DNA of 26,003 bases from Desulfobacterales bacterium (GCA_030672485.1 DAOVGH010000027.1:1-26003), one strand, 5' to 3'. Counted from the stretch's first letter, positions 8,636-17,788 are shown. The notes: generated from the letters alone by a model not told the origin. Numbers and translations are program-made.

Positions 8636-8887
8636 ATGAGAATTGATTCACGGCTAAAGGTTATCCAAGTTAGCTGCTATTCAGGATATAAGGCAAATGA
8701 GCGGCCGGCGGATCTTACGGTCCGAGGGCGAAAACTCATGGTAGAGAAGATTATCGACCGGTGGTATGGGGTAAATCATAGCTATTTCAAGATATTAGCC
8801 AACGATCAGAAGATCTATCTTATCAGGTATGACCAGGATGAGGATCTCTGGACCCTGGAAAAGATAATGGATTCAAAAATGAGATGA
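8636..8887 (+). CDS. Small conserved hypothetical protein (83 aa, probable beta-rich/SH3-like fold)
   Basis: Pattern [13 protein letters not shown]...IIDRWYG...[17 protein letters not shown]...W resembles a small protein family I recall from Deltaproteobacteria (DUF6504-like, unverified). It is co-oriented after the M23 gene and overlaps the uvrB 3' end by 15 nt. Confidence 0.75.
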   Translation: MRIDSRLKVIQVSCYSGYKANERPADLTVRGRKLMVEKIIDRWYGVNHSYFKILANDQKIYLIRYDQDEDLWTLEKIMDSKMR

Positions 8888-10888
8888 ATCCCTATAAGCC
8901 AACTCCCTTTTTTGCAAAGAGGATATCCGATCCCGTAACCGGGCTGCCTCCTCAAAATCCAACTTCCTGGCCGCGCTAGACATCTCCTTCTTGAGCGACT
9001 TAATGGCCTTGGGTAAATTATCAGGAGAGATGTATTCCTCCTCTGGTTCTGAGACAGCAGGAATACTCTCATAATCTGCCTCATAAACAGAGCCCAGGAT
9101 ATCGGAAATATCCTTCTTAATTGATTCCGGGGTGATCCCGTGGGCTCCATTATATTTCTCCTGCAGGCTCCGCCTCCTGTTAGTCTCCTCAATTGCCTTG
9201 CTCATGGATGGTGTGACCTCATCGGCATAAAAGATGACCTTACCATCCACATTTCTGGCAGCTCGCCCGCAGGTCTGGACAAGAGACCTCTCAGATCTTA
9301 AGAAACCCTCTTTATCTGCATCCAAAATGGCCACAAGCGAGACCTCTGGTAGATCTAAGCCTTCCCTCAAAAGATTGACTCCAATGAGGACGTCAAAGAC
9401 TCCAAGCCTCAGGTCTCTGATAATCTCCGTCCTTTCAATGGTAGTTATGTCAGAATGAAGGTACCTGACTTTAATGCCTAATTCGGTATAATACTCGGTT
9501 AGATCCTCGGCCATGGCCTTGGTGAGAGTGGTCACTAAAACGCGGTGACCATCACGGATGACATTCCTGATGGCTATTAGCAGATCATCCACCTGGCTTC
9601 TTGCCGGTCTAACTGAAATCTCCGGGTCTATCAGGCCCGTAGGTCTAATAATCTGTTCGATCACATGGGTTACCTTATCCAATTCATACGGCCGTGGGGT
9701 GGCAGAAACATAGATTACCTGGTTGGCTCGAGCTTCAAATTCCTCAAACTTCAGCGGTCTGTTATCAAGGGCAGAGGGAAGGCGAAAGCCAAATTCAACC
9801 AATGTCTCTTTCCTTGATCTATCACCCCTGTACATACCCATGAGCTGCGGAACCGTAATATGGCTCTCATCTAAGATAATCAGGGCGTTGTCTGGAAAAT
9901 AGTCAAGAAGTGTCGGGGGTGGCTCGCCCGGTCTCCTGCCTGATAGATGTCTGGAATAGTTCTCTATGCCATGACAATAACCCATCTCCTCAATCATTTC
10001 TAAATCATAGAAGGTCCTCTCCTGGATCCTTTGGGCCTCAATCCATTTTCTTTCCCTCTGAAAATACTCAATCCTTTCGGCCAGCTCCTCTCTAATCTTC
10101 TCGATGGCCTCTCGCCTCCTGGGCAGTGTGGTCACATAATGGCTCGCCGGGTAGACAGTCACCCGGCTCAGCTCTTGTATCGTGTGGCCGGTAAGTGGAT
10201 CGATCTCCTGAATGCTTTCAACACAGTCGCCGAAGAATGTTAGCCTGATAGAGGAGTACTCCTCGTATGCTGGATAGATATCCACCACATCACCCCTGAC
10301 CCTCAGAGATGAGCGATGGAAGTCAAGGTCACTCCTTTCATAGTGAATTTCCACCAATTTCCTGAGGACATCTTCTCTGCTTATACAATCCCCTTTTTGC
10401 ACGTACAAGAGCATACCATGGTAGGCCTCAGGGGAGCCAAGCCCGTAAATGCATGACACGCTGGCTACAATGAGAACATCATCTCTGTCCAGAAGAGATC
10501 TGGTTGCCGAATGTCTCATCTTGTCGATCTGCTCATTGATGGAGGCATCTTTCTGGATATAGGTATCGGTTTGAGGGACATATGCTTCGGGTTGATAGTA
10601 GTCGTAGTAACTTACAAAATACTCAACTGCATTGTGAGGGAAAAGGTTTTTGAACTCTCCATAAAGCTGGGCGGCCAGGGTCTTGTTGGGGGCAATGACA
10701 AGGGTAGGTTTTTGGGTTCTTGCCACAACATTGGCTATGGTAAAGGTCTTTCCAGACCCTGTTATGCCTAGCAGTACCTGATGTCTGAGCCGTTCTTCCA
10801 CCCCTTCGGCAAGGGCATCGATGGCATGCCGTTGATCGCCTTTGGTTTCAAATGGAGAGATCAGCTGGAAGGCCGAAGACCTTTGCAC
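8873..10888 (-). CDS. uvrB: Excinuclease ABC subunit B
   Basis: GITGSGKT Walker [15 protein letters not shown] beta-hairpin, LDESH motif [28 protein letters not shown]-terminal UVR coil [11 protein letters not shown]. Confidence 0.98.
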   Translation of the reverse strand: MQRSSAFQLISPFETKGDQRHAIDALAEGVEERLRHQVLLGITGSGKTFTIANVVARTQKPTLVIAPNKTLAAQLYGEFKNLFPHNAVEYFVSYYDYYQPEAYVPQTDTYIQKDASINEQIDKMRHSATRSLLDRDDVLIVASVSCIYGLGSPEAYHGMLLYVQKGDCISREDVLRKLVEIHYERSDLDFHRSSLRVRGDVVDIYPAYEEYSSIRLTFFGDCVESIQEIDPLTGHTIQELSRVTVYPASHYVTTLPRRREAIEKIREELAERIEYFQRERKWIEAQRIQERTFYDLEMIEEMGYCHGIENYSRHLSGRRPGEPPPTLLDYFPDNALIILDESHITVPQLMGMYRGDRSRKETLVEFGFRLPSALDNRPLKFEEFEARANQVIYVSATPRPYELDKVTHVIEQIIRPTGLIDPEISVRPARSQVDDLLIAIRNVIRDGHRVLVTTLTKAMAEDLTEYYTELGIKVRYLHSDITTIERTEIIRDLRLGVFDVLIGVNLLREGLDLPEVSLVAILDADKEGFLRSERSLVQTCGRAARNVDGKVIFYADEVTPSMSKAIEETNRRRSLQEKYNGAHGITPESIKKDISDILGSVYEADYESIPAVSEPEEEYISPDNLPKAIKSLKKEMSSAARKLDFEEAARLRDRISSLQKRELAYRDSSHF

Positions 10889-11025
10889 TTGTGTTTGTCG
10901 TGTTCGTTGAGTTTATTGGACTTTATGTTGCGCGTAACGGGTTACCAGTCAGGTTCACATCCCCGCGTAACATGCTGCTAACTGCTCATAAATAGGACCG
11001 AGAAGTGACAAATGACGAGTGACGA
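10889..11025. repeat. Intergenic low-complexity short tandem repeats between cysS and uvrB
   Basis: About 9-nt units (TTGTGTTTG TCGTGTTCG TTGAGTTTA), two CGCGTAAC copies, and 7-nt units GTGACAA ATGACGA GTGACGA at 11005-11025. Confidence 0.55.
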
Positions 11026-11027
11026 AT

Positions 11028-12494
11028 TTATCTGGACCCCTCAATCCTAAATCGCCATTTTGTGCCGCTTGGTCCATCCTCAAGAATAACATCCCTCCCG
11101 GATAGTTCTTTCCTGATAGCATCGGCTCTGGCCCAATCTCTTGCCCTTCTTGTCTTATCCCTCTCCTGGATCATACGCTCAATCTCCTCAGTGCTTATTC
11201 CAGAGGGTGTCTTAACGATCTCCCGAAAGAATCTGGATGGTTCCTCTTCAAGCAGGCCCAAGACCTTACCACAGTCAAGAAGATTGCCCCTCTCTCTCGT
11301 CAATTGGGATTTAATATCCCCGTGTTTGGCTGATGAATCCATGAGCCTGTTCATTTCCCGTATCCTATCAAAGATTAGGCCTAATCCGCCTGCCGTATTA
11401 AAATCATCATCCATAACGCGTATGAAGCGGCTCCTGAGATCATCTCCACCTGGTTGAGATAAAAATGGGGTGATTACGCCCTTTGAACTACCTTTATGAG
11501 GACCGATTATATCCTCTAGTCTTTGGAGAGTCCTGTAGGCCCTCATGAGCCCTGATCTGGCTTCCAACAGGGCAGACCGGGAAAAATCCAGTGGGCTCCT
11601 GTAATGCTTGGAAAGCAGAAAGAGCCTCAATTCCTGGGGATGATATAACCTGAGCGCATCCTTTATTGTAATAAAGTTACCCAGGGATTTAGACATTTTT
11701 TCCGATTCCACTGTCAGAAAACCGTTATGTACCCAGTAGTTTGCAAAATCGACCCCGTTGGCTGCCATTGCCTGTGCCCTCTCGTTCTCATGGTGTGGAA
11801 ATATGAGGTCTCGACCGCCACCGTGTATGTCAAAATTCGCCCCTAAATACCTGCAGCTCATAGCGGAACATTCAATGTGCCATCCCGGTCTTCCATCACC
11901 CCAGGGGCTTTTCCACTTGGGCTCCCCTGGTTTTGCCCCTTTCCAGAGGACAAAATCCATAGGGTGTCTCTTTCGCTCATCAATAGCAATCCTCGCACCA
12001 GCAACCATTTCCCCCAGTTCGCGACCTGAGAGCTGTCCATAACTGTCAAACTTTTCAACGGAAAAATAGACATCATCGTCACCTACGTAGGCAAACCCTT
12101 TTTCAACCAGGCGTTCGATCATCTCAATGATATCATCAATATGCTCTGTGGCCCTGGGCTCCACATCGGCATTAAACACCCCGAGCGCATGCATATCTTC
12201 GTGAAAGGCATGTATATACCTTTCAGCCATGGTAACTGTATCCTCCCCGGTTTTTCTTGACCGCTCAATGATCTTATCATCTACATCCGTGAAGTTTCTG
12301 ACGTGGGTCACCTTAAAGCCTCCGGCCCTCAGATATCTCACCAAGGCATCAAAAACAATAGCCGAGCGCGCATGTCCTATGTGGCACAGATCGTAGACAG
12401 TGACCCCACAGACATACATACCAACCTCCCCATTTCTGATCGGCCTGAAGATTTCCTTGTTCCGACTTGCTGAGTTATAGAATTTGAGGGGCAT
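11028..12494 (-). CDS. cysS: Cysteine--tRNA ligase
   Basis: CGVTVYDLCHIGHAR (HIGH), WHIECSAM, HGGGRDLIFPHHENE, KMSKS. Confidence 0.98.
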   Translation of the reverse strand: MPLKFYNSASRNKEIFRPIRNGEVGMYVCGVTVYDLCHIGHARSAIVFDALVRYLRAGGFKVTHVRNFTDVDDKIIERSRKTGEDTVTMAERYIHAFHEDMHALGVFNADVEPRATEHIDDIIEMIERLVEKGFAYVGDDDVYFSVEKFDSYGQLSGRELGEMVAGARIAIDERKRHPMDFVLWKGAKPGEPKWKSPWGDGRPGWHIECSAMSCRYLGANFDIHGGGRDLIFPHHENERAQAMAANGVDFANYWVHNGFLTVESEKMSKSLGNFITIKDALRLYHPQELRLFLLSKHYRSPLDFSRSALLEARSGLMRAYRTLQRLEDIIGPHKGSSKGVITPFLSQPGGDDLRSRFIRVMDDDFNTAGGLGLIFDRIREMNRLMDSSAKHGDIKSQLTRERGNLLDCGKVLGLLEEEPSRFFREIVKTPSGISTEEIERMIQERDKTRRARDWARADAIRKELSGRDVILEDGPSGTKWRFRIEGSR

Positions 12495-12514
12495 TTGCTG
12501 GTCTTATTTGCCTA

Positions 12515-13003
12515 TCATGTGCGCGTTAGGGTTACTACCGCGTAGGCAGCTAGCCCTTCCTCTCTTCCGCAAAAACCTAAGCCCTCCGTGGTGGATGCCT
12601 TTATGTTTACCACACGAGGGTCAACCTCCAAGATATCCGATAACCTATCCTCCATATCATTCAGATAGGTAGTCAATTTGGGTTTCTGGGCAACTAAAGT
12701 GGCATCAAGGTTGTTGACTTTGAGTTTTTCATCATGGAGGATTTTCACTACCTTTTCCAGAAGACAGAGACTATCTACTCCCTTGTAAGCTGGGTCGGAA
12801 TCCGGAAAATGGCGACCGATGTCACCCTTGCCAAGGGCACCAAGGATGGCATCGATAACGGCATGTGTTAGCACATCGGCGTCAGAATAGCCCAATAGAC
12901 CTTTTACATATGGAATCTTAACACCTCCCAAGATCAGAGGTCTTCCCTCGACCAGACTATGAACATCATATCCAAATCCAATCCTGAATAGCTCTTCCAC
13001 CAT
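12515..13003 (-). CDS. ispF: 2-C-methyl-D-erythritol 2,4-cyclodiphosphate synthase
   Basis: RIGFGYDVH (Zn ligands D/H), SDADVLTHA, GDIGRHFP, NIKASTTEGLGFCGREEG. ATG at 13003 preferred (AGGTG SD); the track uses GTG 13009. Confidence 0.96.
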   Translation of the reverse strand: MVEELFRIGFGYDVHSLVEGRPLILGGVKIPYVKGLLGYSDADVLTHAVIDAILGALGKGDIGRHFPDSDPAYKGVDSLCLLEKVVKILHDEKLKVNNLDATLVAQKPKLTTYLNDMEDRLSDILEVDPRVVNIKASTTEGLGFCGREEGLAAYAVVTLTRT

Positions 13004-13012
13004 TGTCACCTT

Positions 13013-13975
13013 TTAGGAAGGAATTTTATTATTCTCCAAATTTTCGATCAGGGCTGCTGCAAGCAGAGGAAACATAATCTCATTGTGCCCCGTGAGGGGA
13101 AATCCCTCACCATCCTCCAGGGTTGGCCTCCTAACGACATTATTCATAGGCCTGTAATGTCTTATGAAATCCATATCCACCGTTGTAAATCTCCTCACAT
13201 CAAACCCCAGGTTTCTGACAAGGGTAAGGGCCTTTAAGAATACTTCAGGTAAGATAACAGCTGAGCCAAGGTTGATATATACACCACCTTCAAGGCGCGA
13301 GACCAAGGTGGCAAAGATTCGGAAATCAAGGTGTGAAGTTTTTCCGACTGCTGATCCGTCTACGGCCGGATGAAAATGTATGGTATCCGTGCCTATTGCT
13401 ACGTGCACCGTAAGGGGAATATTCATTCTCGCAGCTCCAGCTAACAAACTGAACTCATTATAGGGAAAAGATGCCTTGAGAACATTCTTCCCGACTGAAT
13501 AGCCCAGTCCATCCCCTCTTTTAGCTCCTTCCCTGATTGCCCTATTGAGAAACTCCCCTGTCTCTCTTGCCATTCCAAATCTTCCGCGAGGCAGTTCAGC
13601 CTCTACATCCTCTGATGTGGCGCCAATCATGGCCACCTCCAGATCATGTATGATGCCGGCACCATTCATGGCTATACCTGTAATTATTCCCCTTTCCATC
13701 AAATCCAAGATCACAGGGCTTAACCCGATCTTAATGGTATGAGCCCCCGTAGCTAATATGATATTCCTCTTTTCTTTTACGGCTATTGTTAACCTATTAA
13801 CCAGCTTTCTAAGATCACTTCCTGCGAGAATATTTGGCAGCCCTTGGAACCAAAGGCCGATCGTACCACCTGCTGTCCAGCCCGACCCGAAATCCGCTAC
13901 TGAGACCTTGCTTGATCTTTTTTTGAGCGAATAGGTTCGTACATGTTTCAGGGATATTGGTTTCAATTTGTCCAT
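13013..13975 (-). CDS. Conserved hypothetical protein with deoxyhypusine-synthase-like fold, function unknown
   Basis: GAHTIKIGL, IAMNGAGIIHDLE, TSEDV, VHVAIGTDTIH, GGVYINLGSAVILPEVFLK, G-H-E-I-M C-terminus resemble DHS-like proteins; embedded in the gmhA-ispF-cysS-uvrB run. Confidence 0.7.
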   Translation of the reverse strand: MDKLKPISLKHVRTYSLKKRSSKVSVADFGSGWTAGGTIGLWFQGLPNILAGSDLRKLVNRLTIAVKEKRNIILATGAHTIKIGLSPVILDLMERGIITGIAMNGAGIIHDLEVAMIGATSEDVEAELPRGRFGMARETGEFLNRAIREGAKRGDGLGYSVGKNVLKASFPYNEFSLLAGAARMNIPLTVHVAIGTDTIHFHPAVDGSAVGKTSHLDFRIFATLVSRLEGGVYINLGSAVILPEVFLKALTLVRNLGFDVRRFTTVDMDFIRHYRPMNNVVRRPTLEDGEGFPLTGHNEIMFPLLAAALIENLENNKIPS

Positions 13976-14000
13976 TTTTGGTCCTTCACTAACCCACTAT

Positions 14001-14028
14001 TAAGGCCTTTAAAGCCTTCAGGCCTTCA
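14001..14028. repeat. Degenerate tandem repeat of the (T)GAAGGC/AAGGCT family at the gmhA 3' end
   Basis: TAAGGCCTT TAAAGCCT TCAGGCCT TCA. Confidence 0.6.
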
Positions 14029-14616
14029 TCCAATAGAGAAGAATCCTTTTTTGAAAAGGATATGATCAACCAACTCACAGATCAGGTGTCCGGCCAGGAT
14101 ATGAGCTTCCTGAACCCTCGGGGTCCTGCCGCTTTCAACCACCAAGGCCAAATCCACCAATTTGATCATATCCCCGCCATCTCCTCCAACAAAACCCGCA
14201 GTATACAATCCCTTTTCTTTGGCAGTTCTTATGGCGGAAAGGATGTTTCCCGACCTTCCACTCGTTGAAATAGCGAGCAAGATATCTCCTTGAACACCAA
14301 GGGCCTTAATCTGCTTTGAAAAGACATCCTCATACCGGTAATCGTTGGCCACGCTCGTAATAATAGAGGTATCGGTAGTCAGTGCTAGGGCCGGTAAGGG
14401 CTGGCGTTCTAACTGAAACCTGTTAACGAATTCTGCAGCAAGATGCTGGGCATCAGCTGCGCTTCCTCCATTACCACATAACATGAGCTTTCCGCCATTC
14501 TCAAAGGCCTTGGAAATATTCTCAGCAAGCTGTATTAACGTGGAGACATTTTTCTTAATGAAATCCTCCTTCACCCTCAGGCTTTCCTCGAGTGCTTTTG
14601 CAATAAGGTCGTCCAC
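14026..14616 (-). CDS. gmhA: D-sedoheptulose-7-phosphate isomerase
   Basis: CGNGGSAADAQHLAAEFVNRF, ALTTDTS, ANDY, ISTSGRS, RVQEAHILAGHLICELVD. Confidence 0.96.
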   Translation of the reverse strand: MDDLIAKALEESLRVKEDFIKKNVSTLIQLAENISKAFENGGKLMLCGNGGSAADAQHLAAEFVNRFQLERQPLPALALTTDTSIITSVANDYRYEDVFSKQIKALGVQGDILLAISTSGRSGNILSAIRTAKEKGLYTAGFVGGDGGDMIKLVDLALVVESGRTPRVQEAHILAGHLICELVDHILFKKGFFSIG

Positions 14617-14668
14617 TCGTTTGCCTCGCTCAGTTATTAAGGATAAATACGGTGCCGTAACGATCTAA

Positions 14669-14695
14669 ATTATAATTCCAGTATGCATTTGTCAA
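14669..14695 (-). promoter_or_regulatory. Putative sigma70 promoter of the gmhA run
   Basis: Minus strand reads TTGACA-15 nt-TATAAT. The spacer is short; TAATTT at 17 nt is an alternative -10. Confidence 0.5.
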
Positions 14696-15105
14696 TGCAG
14701 GATTTGGCTCTGGCTGACCGATTGAAGGTTTCTTGAAGGCCTTAAGACCTACAACCTAATAAATTAGTTTAATTAATTTCGGCATATCACTGTTAATGTT
14801 ATATATCCAAACAATTTCCTGAGAATAAACGGGAACCTGAAAGAATTTTTTGTGATTCACGATATTTTTTATTGAAATTGCTATCTCACTGTGCTAATAA
14901 GGCCGCTAACTCCTGAACTGTCTCCTGAATCGCGATTTTCAGATTGGGGGCATATCTTGCATCTGATGTATCACGATAATCCGCCATTTACATTTAAATA
15001 GATCCTAGAGGGGAATTTATAGGGAAAGGGGGTAAGGAGGCTAATGGTTGTTAGAGGTATTGAGTATCTAAAAACCAAAAACAAAACTTAGGAAGGAGAG
15101 GCAGC

Positions 15106-15378
15106 ATGACAAAAGCAGAACTAATTACAGGAATGGCTAGGAGCACTGGTTTAACAAAGGCCGATTCAGAGAGAGCCCTGAACGCCTTCCTCGCTATTGC
15201 AAAAACGGCCATAAGGAGGGAGGGCAGACTTCCCTTAGCTGGCTTTGGAACCTTTGTAGTAGTCAATAGAAAGGCAAGAACCGGGAGAAACCCGCAGACC
15301 GGGCAACCGATTCGGATTAAAGCCAGCAAGGTTGTCAGGTTTCGCACTGGGAAAGCATTAAGAGAAAGCGTGGCATAG
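15106..15378 (+). CDS. hup: HU family DNA-binding protein
   Basis: MTKAELI, LAGFGTF, RKARTGRNPQTG, FRTGKALR; SD GAAGGAG. Confidence 0.95.
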   Translation: MTKAELITGMARSTGLTKADSERALNAFLAIAKTAIRREGRLPLAGFGTFVVVNRKARTGRNPQTGQPIRIKASKVVRFRTGKALRESVA

Positions 15379-15400
15379 CTAGTTGTTTGTGGTGGCAGGC

Positions 15401-16831
15401 TTAGTTGCCTGGTTTTGCTTCTTCTGCGGATATTTTTCTTATAGCCTCGGCCACGAGCTTCAGCTCTTTTTCCTGGATCGTTCTTACATCCAGTAGAACG
15501 CGGCCTTTCTCCAATCGTGCTATGACAGGCGGATCAGAGGACCTCAAGGACTCCACTATATGAGGGGCGGACAATTTAGCGGGGGATATGCTGAGAAGCG
15601 TGCTCCGTAGCCCCTCCAAAGGCATAGCGCCACCACCAACATAAGAGAAACCATCACACAGGCTTATTGAGAACTTACGTGCATCTATCTTTCCAATAAG
15701 GCCCGCTAATTTTTTCGCTTTTCGACACAGGCTTTGATACGACTGGCATAACATTCTCAGGGTGGGTATCTGTCTCACTGCCCTGTCCTTATCCCTGTAC
15801 ATGTGAAGCGTTTCCTGAAGTGCAGTGAGCGTTAATTTGCCCACCCTGAGGGCCCTGTTCAATTGATTGGTCTTTATGGTCGAAATAATCCCCTTCTTTC
15901 CGAGAATTATCCCGCATTGTGGGCCACCCAACATCTTATCACCACTAAAGGTAACTAAATCCGCCCCTTTTGCTACGGAATCCTGAACTGTTGGTTCTCT
16001 TTTAAGTCCGTACCTTGAAAAATCGACGAGGCAACCGCTACCAAGATCCTCCATTACCGGTAGGCTGTATTTCTTTCCCAAGGCAGCAAGCTCTTCTAAT
16101 CCAACTTCCTCCGTAAATCCAACTATTTGAAAATTGCTTGTGTGAACCTTGAGTAAGAGAGCGGTATCTGGTCCGATAGCAGACTCATAATCATTGATAG
16201 TTGTCTTGTTGGTAGTCCCCACCTCAACCATACGCGCCCCGCTTTTCTTCATGACCTCAGGTATCCGAAAGGAACCGCCAATCTCCACCAACTGACCCCT
16301 GGAGATTATAACTTCCCTATCTTTGGCGATAGTATCCAGGGCAATGAGAACTGCGGCTGCATTATTATTGACAACCGTAGCTCCCCCGGCCCCGGTCAGC
16401 TCCATGAGGATCTCTTCCACATGCACATATCGACTACCCCTTTTGCCAGTCCTCAGATCATATTCCAGGTTGCTATAACAACCTGCCAAGGAGTTTAATC
16501 CCTCAATAACCTTTTTTGATAAGGGGGATCGGCCCAAATTAGTATGCACAATAACCCCGGTGGCATTGATGACATGTCTTAATCCCTGCTGAGATAGAAC
16601 TGATACCCTCCTTACTATCTGATCGACTACATTGTTCAACTCTAAATCTGGCAGCTCATCGTCTGTTCGAGCTCTGTCTATCTTTCCCCTCAGTTCATCC
16701 AGGATTTGGTGAATTGCCCTCAAAACCAAAGCTCTTGGAGTAGTCAACAAGACCCCTCCAACAGGAGACGACTCCAATAGGTAATCCACAGATGGTATCT
16801 GCCTAAAGATCAAGTTCTTGCTATCCTCCAC
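15401..16831 (-). CDS. selA: L-seryl-tRNA(Sec) selenium transferase (476 aa from GTG 16831)
   Basis: VINATGVIVHTNLGRS, NNNAAAV, SRGQLVEIGGSFRIP, EVGTTNKT, EDLGSG, FSGDKMLGGPQ (PLP lysine). The track's extension to 16939 runs into tRNA-His; an AGGGG SD precedes GTG 16831. Confidence 0.96.
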   Translation of the reverse strand: MEDSKNLIFRQIPSVDYLLESSPVGGVLLTTPRALVLRAIHQILDELRGKIDRARTDDELPDLELNNVVDQIVRRVSVLSQQGLRHVINATGVIVHTNLGRSPLSKKVIEGLNSLAGCYSNLEYDLRTGKRGSRYVHVEEILMELTGAGGATVVNNNAAAVLIALDTIAKDREVIISRGQLVEIGGSFRIPEVMKKSGARMVEVGTTNKTTINDYESAIGPDTALLLKVHTSNFQIVGFTEEVGLEELAALGKKYSLPVMEDLGSGCLVDFSRYGLKREPTVQDSVAKGADLVTFSGDKMLGGPQCGIILGKKGIISTIKTNQLNRALRVGKLTLTALQETLHMYRDKDRAVRQIPTLRMLCQSYQSLCRKAKKLAGLIGKIDARKFSISLCDGFSYVGGGAMPLEGLRSTLLSISPAKLSAPHIVESLRSSDPPVIARLEKGRVLLDVRTIQEKELKLVAEAIRKISAEEAKPGN

Positions 16832-16911
16832 CGCTATACCCCTTTGAATAACTATAACAAAAATATCCGGTTGCCAACCAGCAAATAGTATGATAGAAAA
16901 CAAGATTGTGT

Positions 16912-16988
16912 GGTGGGTGTAGCTCAGCTGGTAGAGCACTGGGTTGTGGCCCCAGTGGTCGCGGGTTCAAGTCCCGTCACTCACCCCA
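16912..16988 (+). tRNA. tRNA-His (anticodon GUG) with encoded G-1 and CCA
   Basis: G-GTGGGTG acceptor pairs with CACTCAC-C; D arm GCTC...GAGC; anticodon arm CTGGG-TTGTGGC-CCCAG; T arm GCGGG-TTCAAGT-CCCGT; CCA at 16986-16988. Confidence 0.97.
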
Positions 16989-17073
16989 AAAATAATGTTA
17001 AGCAAAGATAAACATTGTCAGGTCCAGATTAAATAACCTGCCCCTATTTTATCCTTATCTCTCACCAAATTAC

Positions 17074-17736
17074 CTACCCCAAAAAACTCCCTACACTGTA
17101 CATCCAGCTAAGTAAAGCCCCGGAAACATAATCAGCAAGCAGGAAAGGGTATTTTAAGGCATCCGTAAGCATGAGGATAAGGATTATCAACATGCCGTAC
17201 CGTGCCATCCGCTGATATCTGAGCGAAAGAGGATAGGGAAGCAGATAGGCCAGCACATGTGAGCCATCCAGAGGGGGAACGGGGAGAAGATTAAACATGC
17301 CTAAGATAATGTTTATCTTAACGCCGAAAAAGACGCACCTCGCTATGAAAAAGGGGATGCCATGCTCCTTAAAGATCATCATTGAGAGAGGTAACATAAG
17401 GGCAAAGGCAAAGGCCAAAAGCATGTTGGATAGAGGGCCGGCAAGGGAGACAAGGGTGTAATCCCTTGCGGGATTTCTCAACTTGCTTGGCCTAACGGGA
17501 ACAGGCTTGGCCCAACCGAATATGATACCTGATCCGGTCATCAGGTGAAAGGAGAGCAAGATGAGCGGTAAAATAATTGTACCCATGGGATCTATATGCC
17601 TTACTATGTTAAGGGATAGCCTTCCCTGTCTTTTGGCAGTATCATCACCGAACAGCAGAGCGACCAGGCCGTGAGCACATTCATGGACCATGATGGAGAA
17701 GAGGAGTATCGCGATAATCAAAAGTAATTCAAACAT
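17074..17736 (-). CDS. Site-2 protease family (M50) intramembrane metalloprotease
   Basis: HECAHG (HExxH), VSLAGPLSN, NLLPVPPLDG (NxxPxxxLDG), several hydrophobic segments. ATG 17736 preferred over 17748 (GAAGGTGG SD). Confidence 0.92.
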   Translation of the reverse strand: MFELLLIIAILLFSIMVHECAHGLVALLFGDDTAKRQGRLSLNIVRHIDPMGTIILPLILLSFHLMTGSGIIFGWAKPVPVRPSKLRNPARDYTLVSLAGPLSNMLLAFAFALMLPLSMMIFKEHGIPFFIARCVFFGVKINIILGMFNLLPVPPLDGSHVLAYLLPYPLSLRYQRMARYGMLIILILMLTDALKYPFLLADYVSGALLSWMYSVGSFLG

Positions 17737-17788
17737 AGCCACCTTCATGTGAGAAAAGGGGATCTAACAAGGCCTGAAGCCATTGGGA

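Noticed and set aside
10939-10960. Possible LexA/SOS box upstream of uvrB (GGTTACCAGTCAGGTTCAC)
   Set aside because: Does not fit GAAC-N4-GTTC, GTTC-N7-GTTC, CTGT-N8-ACAG or the Geobacter GGTT-N2-C-N4-G-N3-ACC pattern.
16832-16939. 36-codon N-terminal extension of SelA in the ORF track
   Set aside because: Overlaps tRNA-His antisense; homology and an SD point to GTG 16831.
16989-17073. Att site or terminator after tRNA-His
   Set aside because: Only an AT-rich AATGTT/AACATT inverted repeat; no duplicated tRNA end and no IHF consensus noticed.
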